A stretch of DNA of 64,000 nt. It comes from Candidatus Shapirobacteria bacterium (lineage in GTDB: Bacteria; Patescibacteriota; Microgenomatia; UBA12405). The position numbers and the translations under genes are program-made. The stretch lies in NCBI GenBank assembly GCA_028704635.1, contig JAQWFB010000004.1:2656-66655 (forward strand). The letters are read 5' to 3'. Under the pieces are notes generated by a model that was given only the letters and a program-made list of their open reading frames with translations, had not been told where the DNA came from and did not search any database. This document shows positions 9,690-21,110 of the stretch, one piece after another. Position 1 is the stretch's first letter; every line of letters starts with the position of its first letter.

Positions 9690-9718
9690 TTGCCAAGTCT
9701 TGACAAAGGCCTTATAAT
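9690..9718 (+). promoter_or_regulatory. Sigma70-like promoter upstream of rpoB (TTGCCA, 17 nt spacer, TATAAT)
   Basis: -35 TTGCCA at 9690-9695, 17-nt spacer, -10 TATAAT at 9713-9718, ~60 nt upstream of the rpoB start. Confidence 0.5.
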
Positions 9719-9780
9719 ACCCCTATTCGGCCGAGCGGTTGGAACATAACTCGTCCTTTTCTTAATAATTAAATTTGTTG

Positions 9781-12700
9781 ATGCCTTCCGTTAAAAGAAC
9801 TCAATGGGGTAAAAAATACCCAAACCTTCCTAAGTTAGATTTAATTCAAATTCAAAGAGAATCCTGGAAAGAATTCTTAGAAAAGGAATTGATAGAAACC
9901 GTTCAATCAATTTCACCAATCAGCGACTACACCGGTAATAACTGGGAGTTAGAGCTTGGTGAACTTACTTACGACCCAATCACTGTTTCCCCTGATCTTG
10001 CCAAAAGAAAAGGATTAAATTACACTGTTCCTGTTCGTGTTAAAGCCAAATTAAGTAACAAAAGAACTGGTAATATCCGTGAAGAAGATGTTTTTTTCTT
10101 AAATCTCCCTACCATGACTGATGAAGGCACCTTTATTGTCAATGGTATTGAAAGAGGTGTCATTAATCAATTAGTCCGATCTCCAGGTGTTTATTTTACT
10201 GGTGAAACCGATGCTGCCACCGGCAAAACTCTTTACAGTGCTGAAATACGACCATCCCGTGGTTCTTGGCTCGAATTCTTCATTGGTAAAAAAGATGTAG
10301 TTTTTGCCAGAATCGATCGAAAAAAGAAATTTCCAGCTACTATTTTCTTACGAGCCGCTTGCCAAATGGGAGACAAACAATTAATTGCTGAATTTGGTGA
10401 CTATATTGCCAACACCATCAAAGCCGATATTTCTAAAACTCCAGATGAAGCCATTTTAGAATTTTATCGAAAACTTCGACCTGGTGAGCCAGTCGTTCTT
10501 GAAAATGCTCAAAAATTTTTCCACGAAAGATTTTTTGATCTTAGAACTTATGAATTAGGTAATGTTGGTCGTTACAAAGTTAATAAAAAATTTGGTTTCA
10601 AATTTGATGACAACGATAAAGAAAATTGGGTTTTAAGAAAAGAAGATCTAGTTACCACTGTCAAATATCTAGTCCAACTTCAAAAAGGTGAAGTTACCCG
10701 TCTTGATGACATCGACAGTCTTGCCAATCGTCGTCTCCGACGTTGTGGTGAAATCGTTTCTCAAATTGCTATTCGTCCAGCCTTGGCTCGATTTGAAAGA
10801 ATGGTTAAAGAAAGAATGAGCTTAATTTCCACTAAAGAAAAACCAGCTCCATCTCAAATGATCAATCCTCAACCATTAATTTCGGCTCTCAACACTTTCT
10901 TCCGATCCAATCAACTTTCTGCCATTTTAGATCAAACCAATCCTTTATCCGAACTTGATTTATTACGAAGAGTCACGGTCGTTGGTGTTGGTGGTTTAAC
11001 TAGAGAACGTGCCGCTTTCTCCATTCGTGACGTTCACAGTTCCCAATATGGTCGTATTTGTACTGTTCGTTCTCCAGAAGGTCCAAACATTGGTTTAGTT
11101 ACCTATCTTGCTCTTTATTCTCAAATTAATAAATATGGCTTTTTAGAAGCACCTTTTAGAAAATTAGAAAAAACCAAAGGCGGTTATACCTTTTCCAAAG
11201 ATTTTGTTTATGTTGATGCTGAAGATGAATATGAAAAGAAAATCACTCATTTAGATATTAAATTTGATGAGAATTTTATTACCAAGCAAGAATGGGTGCC
11301 AATTCGTTATCAAGGTGAATTTATTGAAGGTCCAATCGACCAAGTCGAATATATCGATTTAGTCCCAAATCAAATCGTTGGTGCTTCTGCTTCACTGATT
11401 CCTTTTGTTGATCACGATGATGCTACTCGTGCCCTTATGGGTTCCCATATGCAGACTCAAGCAGTTCCTTTAATTGCTCCAGAATCTCCTTATGTTGGTA
11501 CTGGTATGGAATCTACTGTTACCACTTCCATGAGAAGAACAGTTTTAGCCAAACATTCGGGTAAAGTTACTTTTGTAGATGGTAGTAAAATCATTGTTGC
11601 TCTCGATAAAAAAGCCACTGAGCCAGGTTGTGAAGCCAGTGAAATTAGTGAAGACGGCAAAATTGAAACTTATCATTTAACAAAATTTTTAAGAACCTCA
11701 CCATATGGTACCTGCTACAACCAAAAAGCTGTTGTTGGTATGGGTGATGTTATTAAAGAAGGTGATTTACTAATCGATGGCCCATCAACTGATGGCGGTG
11801 AATTATCAATTGGTCGAAATCTTTTAGTTGCCTACGCTTCTATCGATGGTTTATCTTACGAAGATTCATTCTTAATTTCCGATCGTATCGTTAAAGATGA
11901 TGTCTTAACCAATATTCAAATTTACGAATACTCAGCTCAAGTCGTTGAAACCAAATTAGGTTCTGAAGAATTAACTAAAGATATTCCTAATGTTTCCGAA
12001 AACGAATTAGCCAAATTAACCGAAGATGGTATTGTTATGATCGGTGCCACTGTTGGTCCAAACGATATTTTAGTTGGTAAAGTTGAACCTCGTGGAGAAA
12101 AAGAATTATCTGCCGAAGAAAGATTACTTCGTGCTATTTTTGGTGAAAAAGCTCGTGAAGTTAAAGATACTTCTCTTCGTGTTGCTAATGGTGAAGGTGG
12201 TGTCGTTATCAAAGTCGATATTCTCGACAAAGACAGCGGTGATGAATTAGATCCAGGTGTCAATAAAGTGGTTAAAGTTTACGTCGCTCAAATTCGTCGT
12301 ATTCAAGAAGGTGATAAAATCGCCGGACGACATGGAAACAAAGGTTGTATTTGTCGTATCATGCCACAATATGATATGCCTCGACTTGCCGATGGTACTC
12401 CTGTCGACATGGTTATGTCCCCACTTTCCGTTGTTGCTCGTATGAATTTAGGTCAGATTTTAGAAGTTGCTTTAGGTTACGCTGGTTACAAACTCGGTAA
12501 AAAATATGCTGTTCCAGTTTTTGAAAAATATTCAGAAGAGGAAATTGGTGAAGAGCTTAAAAAAGCTGGCCTTTCTACTACACTTAAAACTCAACTTTAC
12601 GATGGTCGAACCGGTGAAGCTTATGATCAAGAATCAGTTGTTGGTGTTGGTTACATCATTAAGCTCGTTCACATGGTCGACGACAAAGTTCATGCTCGTT

Positions 12701-13167
12701 CTACCGGCCCATATTCTTTAGTCACTCAACAGCCACTCGGTGGTAAAGCCAGAATGGGAGGTCAGCGATTAGGAGAAATGGAAGTTTGGGCTCTTGAAGC
12801 ACATCGTGCTGCGCATACTCTTCAGGAAATGTTGACTATTAAATCTGATGACATCGAAGGTCGTACTCATGCCTTCCAAGCCATTATTAAAGGTCAGCCA
12901 ATTCCAGAACCAGCCATTCCAGAATCTTTCAAAGTTTTAACCAAAGAATTAGCTGGTTTAGCTCTCGATATTTCTCCAGTCGGTGTCAAAGAAACCGGTG
13001 AAATATTTGAAGGTGAAATAGCCAGTATTAATGAAACTAGCCCTGTCGAAATTGTTCCTGAAGAAATTCAAACCGAAGTCAATGGAACAATGGAAGATGA
13101 ATTAGAAGGATTAACAATTGCCGATGATTCGGCAAAATTAGATGATGAAATAAAGGAGGAACAATAA
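9781..13167 (+). CDS. rpoB: DNA-directed RNA polymerase subunit beta
   Basis: Unmistakable RpoB motifs throughout (e.g. [61 protein letters not shown]). The ORF track begins at a TTG (9775); the ATG at 9781 is preferred. Confidence 0.95.
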   Translation: MPSVKRTQWGKKYPNLPKLDLIQIQRESWKEFLEKELIETVQSISPISDYTGNNWELELGELTYDPITVSPDLAKRKGLNYTVPVRVKAKLSNKRTGNIREEDVFFLNLPTMTDEGTFIVNGIERGVINQLVRSPGVYFTGETDAATGKTLYSAEIRPSRGSWLEFFIGKKDVVFARIDRKKKFPATIFLRAACQMGDKQLIAEFGDYIANTIKADISKTPDEAILEFYRKLRPGEPVVLENAQKFFHERFFDLRTYELGNVGRYKVNKKFGFKFDDNDKENWVLRKEDLVTTVKYLVQLQKGEVTRLDDIDSLANRRLRRCGEIVSQIAIRPALARFERMVKERMSLISTKEKPAPSQMINPQPLISALNTFFRSNQLSAILDQTNPLSELDLLRRVTVVGVGGLTRERAAFSIRDVHSSQYGRICTVRSPEGPNIGLVTYLALYSQINKYGFLEAPFRKLEKTKGGYTFSKDFVYVDAEDEYEKKITHLDIKFDENFITKQEWVPIRYQGEFIEGPIDQVEYIDLVPNQIVGASASLIPFVDHDDATRALMGSHMQTQAVPLIAPESPYVGTGMESTVTTSMRRTVLAKHSGKVTFVDGSKIIVALDKKATEPGCEASEISEDGKIETYHLTKFLRTSPYGTCYNQKAVVGMGDVIKEGDLLIDGPSTDGGELSIGRNLLVAYASIDGLSYEDSFLISDRIVKDDVLTNIQIYEYSAQVVETKLGSEELTKDIPNVSENELAKLTEDGIVMIGATVGPNDILVGKVEPRGEKELSAEERLLRAIFGEKAREVKDTSLRVANGEGGVVIKVDILDKDSGDELDPGVNKVVKVYVAQIRRIQEGDKIAGRHGNKGCICRIMPQYDMPRLADGTPVDMVMSPLSVVARMNLGQILEVALGYAGYKLGKKYAVPVFEKYSEEEIGEELKKAGLSTTLKTQLYDGRTGEAYDQESVVGVGYIIKLVHMVDDKVHARSTGPYSLVTQQPLGGKARMGGQRLGEMEVWALEAHRAAHTLQEMLTIKSDDIEGRTHAFQAIIKGQPIPEPAIPESFKVLTKELAGLALDISPVGVKETGEIFEGEIASINETSPVEIVPEEIQTEVNGTMEDELEGLTIADDSAKLDDEIKEEQ

Positions 13168-16100
13168 TGTTTAAATTTAAAAGTATGATCGATTTTTCGG
13201 GACTTCAAATTAAATTAGCTTCTCCGGAAGAAATTTTATCTTGGTCCACTGGTGAAGTTATTAAACCAGAAACTATTAATTATCGAAGTTGGCGCCCAGA
13301 AAAAGATGGTCTTTTTTGTGAAAAGATCTTTGGACCAAGTCGAGATTATGAATGTTACTGTGGTAAATACAAAAAAATCAGATTCAAGGGTGTAATTTGT
13401 GATCGTTGTGGCGTTGAAGTCACCACTTCTAAAATTCGTCGTGAAAGAATGGGTCATATCACTTTGGCCGCTCCTGTCACTCATCTTTGGTATCTTCGCA
13501 ATACTCCATCTCCAATTGGCGTCATTCTTGACGTTCCTCAAAAAGATTTAGAGTCTGTCGTTTATTTCACCAAATATTTAGTTACTTCTGTTGATGATTC
13601 CAAAAGAAAAGAGGCTTTAGAAAATTTAACTAATTATTCCACTAAAAGAATTGATCAAATCAATGTTGACACTAAAACTGCCATTGATACCAAAACTGAA
13701 GAAACTGAAAAAGAAAAAAAGGAACTTAAGACTAAAATTAAAAACAAAGATCAGCTTTTTATTGCTCAAGAAGAGCGCGATATTAGATTAAAGCAGGATG
13801 TTCAAAAACTTGAAAATAAAGCTTTATCTGAAAAAAATCGTATCGAAGGTTTAATGAAATATTTGGAAGAAAAAATCCAAAGTCTTCAAGTTTTAACCAC
13901 TGTTTCCGATGAAGAAAGCTTTTATTTATCCCAATTTAAGGCAGATATTTTCTTCACTGCCAAAATGGGTGCTGAAGCTCTTTATGAAGTTTTAAAACAA
14001 ATCGACATGGTCGAAACTGTTAAAAACCTCAAAAAAGAATTAAATAAGACCAGTTCTAAACTAAAGAAAAAGAAAATCATGTATAAAATCCGTATTTTAA
14101 ACGGCATGATTGAAAACAAAATTAATCCAGAATGGACAGTACTTACCCAAGTTCCAGTTATTCCACCGGATTTACGTCCAATGGTTCAATTAACTGGTGG
14201 TCGCTTTGCCACTTCTGATTTAAATGATTTATATCGTCGTTTAATCAACCGAAATAATCGTCTTAAAAAATTATTGAAACTTGGTGCTCCAGAAATAATT
14301 TTACGAAATGAAAAAAGAATGCTCCAAGAATCAGTCGATATTTTAATTGATGCTCAAAAAAGTTCTAAAGGTAAAAGAAAAAGCACTAAACGTGTTCCAC
14401 GTTCTTTATCAGATCTTTTACGAGGTAAGAAAGGTCGTTTCCGACGCAATTTGCTTGGTAAGCGTGTCGATTATTCCGGTCGTTCAGTTATCGTTGTTGG
14501 TCCAGAATTAAAATTAAATCAAGTCGGTCTTCCAAAAGAAATCGCTCTTGAAATGTATCGACCATTTGTTCTTCGTGAACTTATGGCTACCGGCATCGCT
14601 CCCAACATTAAGAGTGCTAAAAACTTAATCGATCATCGTATTAATGAGGTTTATGATATTTTAGAACAAGTCACTAAAGACAGTTATGTCTTATTAAATC
14701 GTGCTCCAACTTTACACAAACTTTCAATTCAGGCTTTCAAACCAATTTTGGTCGATGGTTTAGCCATTCGTTTACATCCATGTGTTTGTAAAGCTTTTAA
14801 TGCTGATTTTGATGGAGATCAAATGGGTGTTCATTTACCTCTTTCCGATGCCTCTCAAAGAGAAGCTAAGAGATTAATGTTGCCATCCCATAATTTATTA
14901 AAACCATCTGATGGTAATCCAGTTTCTGTTCCAACTCAAGAAATGGCTGTTGGTTGTTATTACATCACCTCAGTTCGATCCGAAGATTTAGAAAAAGAAC
15001 AAGCCTCTAGCTTGGAAGGTTTATCAATTTTTGCTGACGAAGCCGAAGTTGAATTAGCCTACGAATCCAAAAAAATTGGATTAAGAGAATTAGTTGTTGT
15101 TAAAATTAATGGCAATTTAACCAAAACTACCTATGGTCGTATTTGGTTTAATCAAATTCTTCCAAAAGAATTCCCATTCTTAAATGAAGCTATGGCCGGT
15201 TCTAAATCGGTTAATGATTTAATTGTTAAATCACTTGAAATTGCTGGTCGTTTGAAAACCGTTAAATTAATCGATTCTCTTAAAGATATCGGTTTCAAAG
15301 GTTTTACTCTTTCCGGTCTTTCTTTATCAATGGCTGACTGTGGTTATTTACCTGAAAAAGAAGAACTTATTTCTCAGGCCAATAAATTAGTCGTCGAAAT
15401 TGAAGAGAACTATGCAAATGGTTTAATTAGTAATGATGAAAAGCAACGACTTTCTCAAGCTATTTGGATGGAAAAAACTCAAGAAATTGCCGAAAAAACT
15501 TGGGCCACTCTTGATATCGATTCTCCAATTCGTATCATCTCTGCCGCTGGTATTAAACGTGCATCCAAAGATCAAATTAAACAGCTTTCTGGTATGAGAG
15601 GTTTAATGGTCGATCCAACCGGAAAAATCGTTCAACTTCCTACAAAATCCAATTTCCGAGAAGGTCTTTCAGTTTTTGAATACGTAACTGGTGCTCGTGG
15701 AACCCGAAAAGGTTTAGCCGATACCGCTTTGAAAACTGCTGATGCTGGTTATCTAACTCGTCGATTAGTTGATGCTGCTCACATCGCCATCATTAAAACC
15801 GATGACTGTGGTACTGATCAGTTCATCACCATCGATTCTAATGAAAAAGGCAGAGAAAGATATTTCTTCCGCCGAATTTTAGGTCGAATTTTAGCTAATG
15901 ATGTTATTGATCCAAAAACCAAAAAAGTTTTGATCGAAAAGGGGACTTTATTAAACAATGATGAAGTTGCTTTAATTGAGAAACACGAAATTGCCACTGT
16001 CGATATTCGATCTCCATTAACCTGTCATGCTGAAACTGGTTTATGTCAAAAATGTTATGGTTGGGATCTTTCCACTCGAAAATTAGTTCAAGTTGGTGTC

Positions 16101-16901
16101 CCAGTCGGTGTTATCGCTGCTCAATCAATCGGTGAACCAGGAACTCAATTAACTCTCCGAACCAAACATACTGGAGGTGTCGTCGGCGTCGACGTTACCC
16201 AAGGTTTACCACGTGTTCAGGAATTATTTGAAATCAGAATGCCAAAACTTCCTTCACCTTTAGCTGAAATTAGTGGCAAATTAAAAGTAAAAGAAACAAT
16301 TGATGGCTATGAAATTAAACTCACTGGTAAAGATGAAGACAAAAACGCAAAAATCATTAACTATATTTTGCCTTTAAACGTTACCCTTCTTGTTGCCGAT
16401 GGTGATTTAGTCGCTCAAGGAACTCAGCTTTGTTCTGGTTCTCTTGATGTTCGAGAAATTATGGAAATTAAAGGTATTGAAGCTGCTCAAAAATATTTAA
16501 TCAATAGTATCCAAGGTGTGTATGAATCTCAAGGAATTGGTATTCATGATAAGCATTTAGAAGTTATGGTTAAAGAAATGAGTGACAAAATCAAAATTGA
16601 AGACCCAGGTGATACCACTTTCCTTTATGGTCAAACCACTACCGCAGCTGTTTTCCGAGCAGCTAATGATAAAGCCAAAGCCAACAATAATGGTAAACCA
16701 GCCGTTGGTAAAAAAGTTTTACTCGGTTTAATTAATTCCGCTTTAACTACTGGTTCTTGGTTATCTGCTGCTTCATTCCAACAAACCACCAGTGTTTTGA
16801 CCGAATCTTCCTTACTCGCTGAAGTCGACGGCTTGATTGGTCTCAAAGAAAATGTTATTATCGGACGATTGATACCCGTCAGTAAAAATCAAAAAATATA
16901 A
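13167..16901 (+). CDS. rpoC: DNA-directed RNA polymerase subunit beta'
   Basis: Zn-finger [23 protein letters not shown]; [12 protein letters not shown] catalytic motif; SD AAGGAGG 8 nt upstream; ATG overlaps the rpoB stop. Confidence 0.95.
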   Translation: MFKFKSMIDFSGLQIKLASPEEILSWSTGEVIKPETINYRSWRPEKDGLFCEKIFGPSRDYECYCGKYKKIRFKGVICDRCGVEVTTSKIRRERMGHITLAAPVTHLWYLRNTPSPIGVILDVPQKDLESVVYFTKYLVTSVDDSKRKEALENLTNYSTKRIDQINVDTKTAIDTKTEETEKEKKELKTKIKNKDQLFIAQEERDIRLKQDVQKLENKALSEKNRIEGLMKYLEEKIQSLQVLTTVSDEESFYLSQFKADIFFTAKMGAEALYEVLKQIDMVETVKNLKKELNKTSSKLKKKKIMYKIRILNGMIENKINPEWTVLTQVPVIPPDLRPMVQLTGGRFATSDLNDLYRRLINRNNRLKKLLKLGAPEIILRNEKRMLQESVDILIDAQKSSKGKRKSTKRVPRSLSDLLRGKKGRFRRNLLGKRVDYSGRSVIVVGPELKLNQVGLPKEIALEMYRPFVLRELMATGIAPNIKSAKNLIDHRINEVYDILEQVTKDSYVLLNRAPTLHKLSIQAFKPILVDGLAIRLHPCVCKAFNADFDGDQMGVHLPLSDASQREAKRLMLPSHNLLKPSDGNPVSVPTQEMAVGCYYITSVRSEDLEKEQASSLEGLSIFADEAEVELAYESKKIGLRELVVVKINGNLTKTTYGRIWFNQILPKEFPFLNEAMAGSKSVNDLIVKSLEIAGRLKTVKLIDSLKDIGFKGFTLSGLSLSMADCGYLPEKEELISQANKLVVEIEENYANGLISNDEKQRLSQAIWMEKTQEIAEKTWATLDIDSPIRIISAAGIKRASKDQIKQLSGMRGLMVDPTGKIVQLPTKSNFREGLSVFEYVTGARGTRKGLADTALKTADAGYLTRRLVDAAHIAIIKTDDCGTDQFITIDSNEKGRERYFFRRILGRILANDVIDPKTKKVLIEKGTLLNNDEVALIEKHEIATVDIRSPLTCHAETGLCQKCYGWDLSTRKLVQVGVPVGVIAAQSIGEPGTQLTLRTKHTGGVVGVDVTQGLPRVQELFEIRMPKLPSPLAEISGKLKVKETIDGYEIKLTGKDEDKNAKIINYILPLNVTLLVADGDLVAQGTQLCSGSLDVREIMEIKGIEAAQKYLINSIQGVYESQGIGIHDKHLEVMVKEMSDKIKIEDPGDTTFLYGQTTTAAVFRAANDKAKANNNGKPAVGKKVLLGLINSALTTGSWLSAASFQQTTSVLTESSLLAEVDGLIGLKENVIIGRLIPVSKNQKI

Positions 16902-16905
16902 AAAT

Positions 16906-17328
16906 ATGCCAACATTTAATCAACTAATCAAAAGTGGTCGAAAAAAGAGAGTTCAAAAACTCAGAACTGTTGCTCTTCGTAATGGTTTTAACACCATCAA
17001 TAATCGGCCGACTCTTAGTATAAATCCAATTAAAAAAGGCGTGGTTATTTCTGTCAAAACCATGACACCTAAAAAACCACATTCAGCTTTAAGAAAGATT
17101 GCTAAGATTAAACTTAGTAATCATGCTTCCGTTACTGCTTACATTCCAGGTATCGGTCATAACTTAGCCGAACACAGTATTGTGAGTATTAGAGGTGGTA
17201 GAGTTAGAGATTTACCAGGTGTCCGTTATCGTATAATTCGCGGAAAATACGACGCTGGTGCTGTTGCTGGTCGCATGCAATCCCGTAGTAAATACGGTGC
17301 CAAAAAAGCTGTTGCCAAAACCGCCTAA
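16906..17328 (+). CDS. rpsL: 30S ribosomal protein S12
   Basis: [14 protein letters not shown]..., PKKPNSALRK-type core ([16 protein letters not shown]). Confidence 0.95.
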   Translation: MPTFNQLIKSGRKKRVQKLRTVALRNGFNTINNRPTLSINPIKKGVVISVKTMTPKKPHSALRKIAKIKLSNHASVTAYIPGIGHNLAEHSIVSIRGGRVRDLPGVRYRIIRGKYDAGAVAGRMQSRSKYGAKKAVAKTA

Positions 17329-17356
17329 TTATTACTAAAATTTAAATTTAAAAAAT

Positions 17357-17839
17357 ATGTCCAGAAAAGGAATCAATAAAATTAGAGAAGTACTCCCAGA
17401 TACTATCTACAGCAACGTTACCGTCAGTAAAATAATTAATGCTTGTATGAGAGATGGTAAAAGAACTGCTTCTGAAAAACAAGTTTATGATGCTCTAGAT
17501 TTAATTAAAAAAGAATTTCCAAAAGAAGAAGTTTTAGAAGTTCTCGACCGAGCTTTAGAAAACATTAGACCAAAAATTGAAGTTAGACCTCGTCGAATTG
17601 GTGGAGCTGTTTATCAAGTTCCAACTCCAGTTCGTGGTAATCGTCAAAATTCATTGGCTCTTCGTTGGCTCATCAAAGCTGCTCGTGCCAAGGCTAATAA
17701 ACAGTATCATTCTTTTGCTCAAAAATTAGTTGCTGAACTTTTATCTGCTCTCAATAATGAAGGCGCTGCCGTCAACAAAAGAGTTGAAGTCGAAAAAATG
17801 GCTGATGCAAATAAAGCATTTGCCCATCTCCGCTGGTAA
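17357..17839 (+). CDS. rpsG: 30S ribosomal protein S7
   Basis: S7 family sequence (IINACMRDGKRTASEK..., GGAVYQVP), directly downstream of rpsL. Confidence 0.95.
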   Translation: MSRKGINKIREVLPDTIYSNVTVSKIINACMRDGKRTASEKQVYDALDLIKKEFPKEEVLEVLDRALENIRPKIEVRPRRIGGAVYQVPTPVRGNRQNSLALRWLIKAARAKANKQYHSFAQKLVAELLSALNNEGAAVNKRVEVEKMADANKAFAHLRW

Positions 17840-17860
17840 GAAAATTTTTTTAAATTTTAA

Positions 17861-17887
17861 AACGCCCCGCCCCGGGGCGTTTTTGTT
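17861..17887 (+). terminator. Rho-independent terminator after rpsG
   Basis: ACGCCCCG-ccc-CGGGGCGT perfect 8-bp GC stem followed by TTTTGTT. Confidence 0.8.
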
Positions 17888-17898
17888 ATACTTTATAT

Positions 17899-19356
17899 AT
17901 GTCGTTATTCTCCAAACCAAAACTTATAATTTGGCCTAAAGCCAAAGTTGTTGAACTTTACATTGATCGTAAAGAAAACAATACTCTCAGTTTCGATTTA
18001 AATCTTTGGCAAAAATGTAACGACAAAGATCTTGAAGCTCTAAGTTTATATTTCCGACAAAATAAATTTGGTTCAATTTCAGTTTTAGTACCGGATGATG
18101 TCGTCTTCACCAAATCTTTCACTTACGATTCAAAAATTGACAACATCGACAAAAAAGAAGTCATTAGTTTGGCTGCCAATTTAGTCAATTTTCCTATCGA
18201 TCCAGACGCCATCGAATATAAACTAACTCAAGCTGCCGACAAAACCATTATTCAAGCCTTTATTTATGACAAGCCAAAATTAGACCAACTCAAATCAAAT
18301 CTGAATATTATTAGTGTCGGTGTAAATAAATTTACTTCCGTTTCTACTGCTATTTCAAACACTATTTCTTCCATCTACAAACAAGAATTTTTCCTTATTT
18401 ATCCTCTAAACGATCAAGAATACACCCTCTTGCTTTCAAAAAATAATTCTGTTTATTTAACCGTAAATCTCAAAGGACCAAGTCTTGATATCCAGAAAAT
18501 TATTAACTATTCAAATTTTTACTTTTCTAATATAACTCAAAAAATTTATGTTCCCGAAGGTCGTGATTTGGAAATTATCACTACCACCCAAATGGACAAA
18601 ACTCTTTATAGTGAATCCCAAATTGCCCAAAGTCTTTCTAAGGCTTCAAATTTACCTTTACCGGTTTTAGGTGAAATGACTAGCTCAGTTTTAATTAATG
18701 CTGATATAATAGTTTCACCAAATAATATTAGTTCATCATCAACAAAAATGGAAAATAAAAAAAGAAACATCTTACCTATAATCGCAGTTTTTATCTTTAC
18801 CGCGGCTCTCGCTTCAGTTGGAGCTTGGTTCGTTTTAAATAAAAATTCTGGCGAAGTCGCCAGTCCTACTGGTACCAGTGAAGAAACTTCTCAGCCCACT
18901 GTAGCTCCAACCGCCACAGCTACTCCAAAACCAACCATTGCTGAAATTGAAAAAGATATCAAAATCCAAATTTTAAATGCCACCGAAATTAATGGTCAAG
19001 CTGCTACTCTTAAAGCCAAATTAGTTGCTCTTGGATTTAAAAATATAAATGTTGGTAATGCTAAAGAAACCGCCACTGAAAATTCAATCCAAGTAAAATC
19101 TGCCAGCACTTCGGCATATTTTGAATCAAAATTAAGTTCTGATTTTCCAGCTACTTACACTGAAGATCTCAAATCATCTTCAACTTACGATGCTGTCTTT
19201 ACTATAGGCACTGATTTAAGTTCCATGTCGTCTTCAACCACTTCTACTAGTGATGAGGAGACCACTCCAACTGTAACTAAAACTGTAACCAAATCTGTCA
19301 CTCCAACTGTGACCAAAGCGGCAACTAAATCTGCCACTCCAACAGTTTCGGAATAA
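17899..19356 (+). CDS. Membrane protein with cytoplasmic N-domain, one TM helix, extracytoplasmic LytR_C-like domain and Pro/Thr-rich repetitive tail
   Basis: TM helix ILPIIAVFIFTAALASVGAWFVL; IQILNATEINGQAATLKAKLVALGFKNINVGNA resembles the LytR_C domain; tail TPTVTKTVTKSVTPTVTKAATKSATPTV. Confidence 0.45.
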   Translation: MSLFSKPKLIIWPKAKVVELYIDRKENNTLSFDLNLWQKCNDKDLEALSLYFRQNKFGSISVLVPDDVVFTKSFTYDSKIDNIDKKEVISLAANLVNFPIDPDAIEYKLTQAADKTIIQAFIYDKPKLDQLKSNLNIISVGVNKFTSVSTAISNTISSIYKQEFFLIYPLNDQEYTLLLSKNNSVYLTVNLKGPSLDIQKIINYSNFYFSNITQKIYVPEGRDLEIITTTQMDKTLYSESQIAQSLSKASNLPLPVLGEMTSSVLINADIIVSPNNISSSSTKMENKKRNILPIIAVFIFTAALASVGAWFVLNKNSGEVASPTGTSEETSQPTVAPTATATPKPTIAEIEKDIKIQILNATEINGQAATLKAKLVALGFKNINVGNAKETATENSIQVKSASTSAYFESKLSSDFPATYTEDLKSSSTYDAVFTIGTDLSSMSSSTTSTSDEETTPTVTKTVTKSVTPTVTKAATKSATPTVSE

Positions 19357-19433
19357 GACCAAAAAAAACCCTTCATTTTAAAAAACTGACATAATGTCAA
19401 TTAATTAATTAGAAGGGTGTTCAACTTGTGGAA

Positions 19434-19805
19434 TTAGTTTTGTCTGTTAACAATTTCGATTTGTTTTTTTAGAATAAAAGTTTTTGCAGCCTGAGTTATA
19501 ACGTATAAACCAGAAACTACAAAGCTTGCATGTTGAATGCTTTGAATATCTGATTTAAGAACTTCCTTAGTCAAAAGCTTAAGTGAATCATCGTCATCTT
19601 TGTACAAAAAGTGGCCATCAAAACCATTTTCCAGCATTTCGACAATCAATTCTTCAGAAATATTGGTTATCAAATAACCATAAAAACAATTTTCGATTTC
19701 AATCAATTGTAATCTTTCCAAGATTATGTCTCTTTTTTTCTTGTCTAAATTGTCTAGTACTAATTCTAAAACATCATCTTCTTCTGTAAATTCTGTTGTC
19801 AACAC
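19434..19805 (-). CDS. Hypothetical acidic protein
   Basis: 123-aa ORF, no motif recognised. Confidence 0.3.
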   Translation of the reverse strand: MLTTEFTEEDDVLELVLDNLDKKKRDIILERLQLIEIENCFYGYLITNISEELIVEMLENGFDGHFLYKDDDDSLKLLTKEVLKSDIQSIQHASFVVSGLYVITQAAKTFILKKQIEIVNRQN

Positions 19806-19864
19806 AATAATTCATCCTTTCAAATAATTTTACAAATTCCACTAAGTTTCGAGGGTTGAGAATT

Positions 19865-20068
19865 TTACCAATTAGGATGCACACCAAAAGGTGCAACTAA
19901 AGCCATCACCTGAAAAAACAGATATGCTATCCCAGCTACCGCTACAATAGTAAAAGCTTTCGAAAAAAACCAATCAACAATGTCAAAATTCGTCATTATT
20001 CTTGTTCTTCTAGCGTTTTCATTTAATAAACCAGCTCCGGCGTCTTGAACATTTTTATTAATCTCCAT
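19865..20068 (-). CDS. Small hydrophobic membrane protein (67 aa)
   Basis: The ORF track extends to 20191, but a strong SD GGGAGGTGG sits 5 nt before the internal ATG at 20068. Product MEINKNVQDAGAG...FTIVAVAGIAYLFFQVMALVAPFGV has one TM helix. Confidence 0.35.
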   Translation of the reverse strand: MEINKNVQDAGAGLLNENARRTRIMTNFDIVDWFFSKAFTIVAVAGIAYLFFQVMALVAPFGVHPNW

Positions 20069-20217
20069 CCAATCCACCTCCCTCTTTTTTAAAGTACTGT
20101 TCAAGTATAGCACTTTTACCTCAAAAAGCAACCTATAAGAAAAAATATAAAAAAAATACCCCGGAGAAAATAAATAATGCTTTCGCATCACTTATTCCCT
20201 TCGGGGTTAATCAGATT

Positions 20218-20928
20218 TTAGCCTAAAAGGCCTTTGTTGAATGCCACCAAAGTTTTGGCAAACGCCGAAGTGGCGATTTCATCTTTGCTTTCCATGGCGT
20301 CCATAACCGGAACAAAAACCAATTTTGACAATCTTTCGATCTCTGGAATATTACCGGCAGGGAGACATATTTTACCGTCAACAGTATGCAGTTTTTCCCA
20401 ATCAATCGGAAGCGCGAAAAATGTTTGAGGCCAATTATCAGTAGTATTCTTCAACCAAAAAGCACGGTTGCAAGTACCAACACCAACTTCAATCATTTTG
20501 TCAACGTAAATTCCGGCTTCTTCCAAAGTTGCCCTTTTGGCCGCATCTTCTGGTGTTTCGTTTCCAATTGCAAATCCACCAGGAGGAGTAAATAGTAATT
20601 CGCCGTCATTGACTAGTAACCTTCTTTCATAGCCGCCGGCCACAAATAATTCTCCCTTTGGAGAAATGGCATAAGGAACCATAACAGCGCCGCCATTTTC
20701 TCTAAATGCCCATTGACCATACTGGCCATTCCACCCGAAAATCAATTCACCGAATTTCGAAACGATTTTCATAAAATTGATTCTCTTAATAGAGACTACT
20801 GGTCCTGTCACTTTTTTACCGTTTTCGTCGACTACAGTCGCAACACCAACAAAATTATGACAATTCCAACCCAATTCCTTGTCTTCCGGTACATTTAATA
20901 AATTCATTCTATTCCCTTCTTTCTCCAC
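20218..20928 (-). CDS. NUDIX hydrolase
   Basis: Nudix box GGFAIGNETPEDAAKRATLEEAGI. The track start is GTG; the ATG at 20907 (MNLLNV, AAGGGA SD) may be the true start. Confidence 0.6.
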   Translation of the reverse strand: MEKEGNRMNLLNVPEDKELGWNCHNFVGVATVVDENGKKVTGPVVSIKRINFMKIVSKFGELIFGWNGQYGQWAFRENGGAVMVPYAISPKGELFVAGGYERRLLVNDGELLFTPPGGFAIGNETPEDAAKRATLEEAGIYVDKMIEVGVGTCNRAFWLKNTTDNWPQTFFALPIDWEKLHTVDGKICLPAGNIPEIERLSKLVFVPVMDAMESKDEIATSAFAKTLVAFNKGLLG

Positions 20929-20938
20929 TTTTCATCTT

Positions 20939-20990
20939 TTGATGAACGGGAATCTGTCTCCCAAACAGGGGACACATTTCCGTTCATCAA
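20939..20990. promoter_or_regulatory. Perfect 11-bp inverted repeat (TTGATGAACGG-N30-CCGTTCATCAA) in the divergent NUDIX/rfbB intergenic region
   Basis: Seen directly; no U-tract on either strand, so it is not an intrinsic terminator. Candidate operator or 5'-UTR stem-loop. Confidence 0.4.
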
Positions 20991-21110
20991 AAATTAATTC
21001 AACAATCTGATTTTAAAAGAACAGGGAATTGTATCCTATAATATCAATTTTGTCAATAAATTAAACCTAAACTTGCATTAATAACCCTGATTGCATAAAA
21101 TGGGTTTACT

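Noticed and set aside
9700-9718. TTGACA at 9700-9705 as the -35 of the rpoB promoter
   Set aside because: Only 7 nt from the TATAAT. The upstream TTGCCA gives the proper 17-nt spacing.
11937-13541. Antisense and alternative-frame ORFs inside rpoB/rpoC (11937-12263 -, 12257-12445 +, 12506-12721 +, 13236-13541 -)
   Set aside because: They lie entirely within highly conserved RNA polymerase coding sequence in other frames, with low-complexity translations. Judged chance ORFs.
19255-19350. Short direct DNA repeats near 19.3 kb as a possible CRISPR or VNTR
   Set aside because: They are in-frame codon repeats encoding a TPTVTK tail of the LytR_C protein. There are no spacers and no cas genes.
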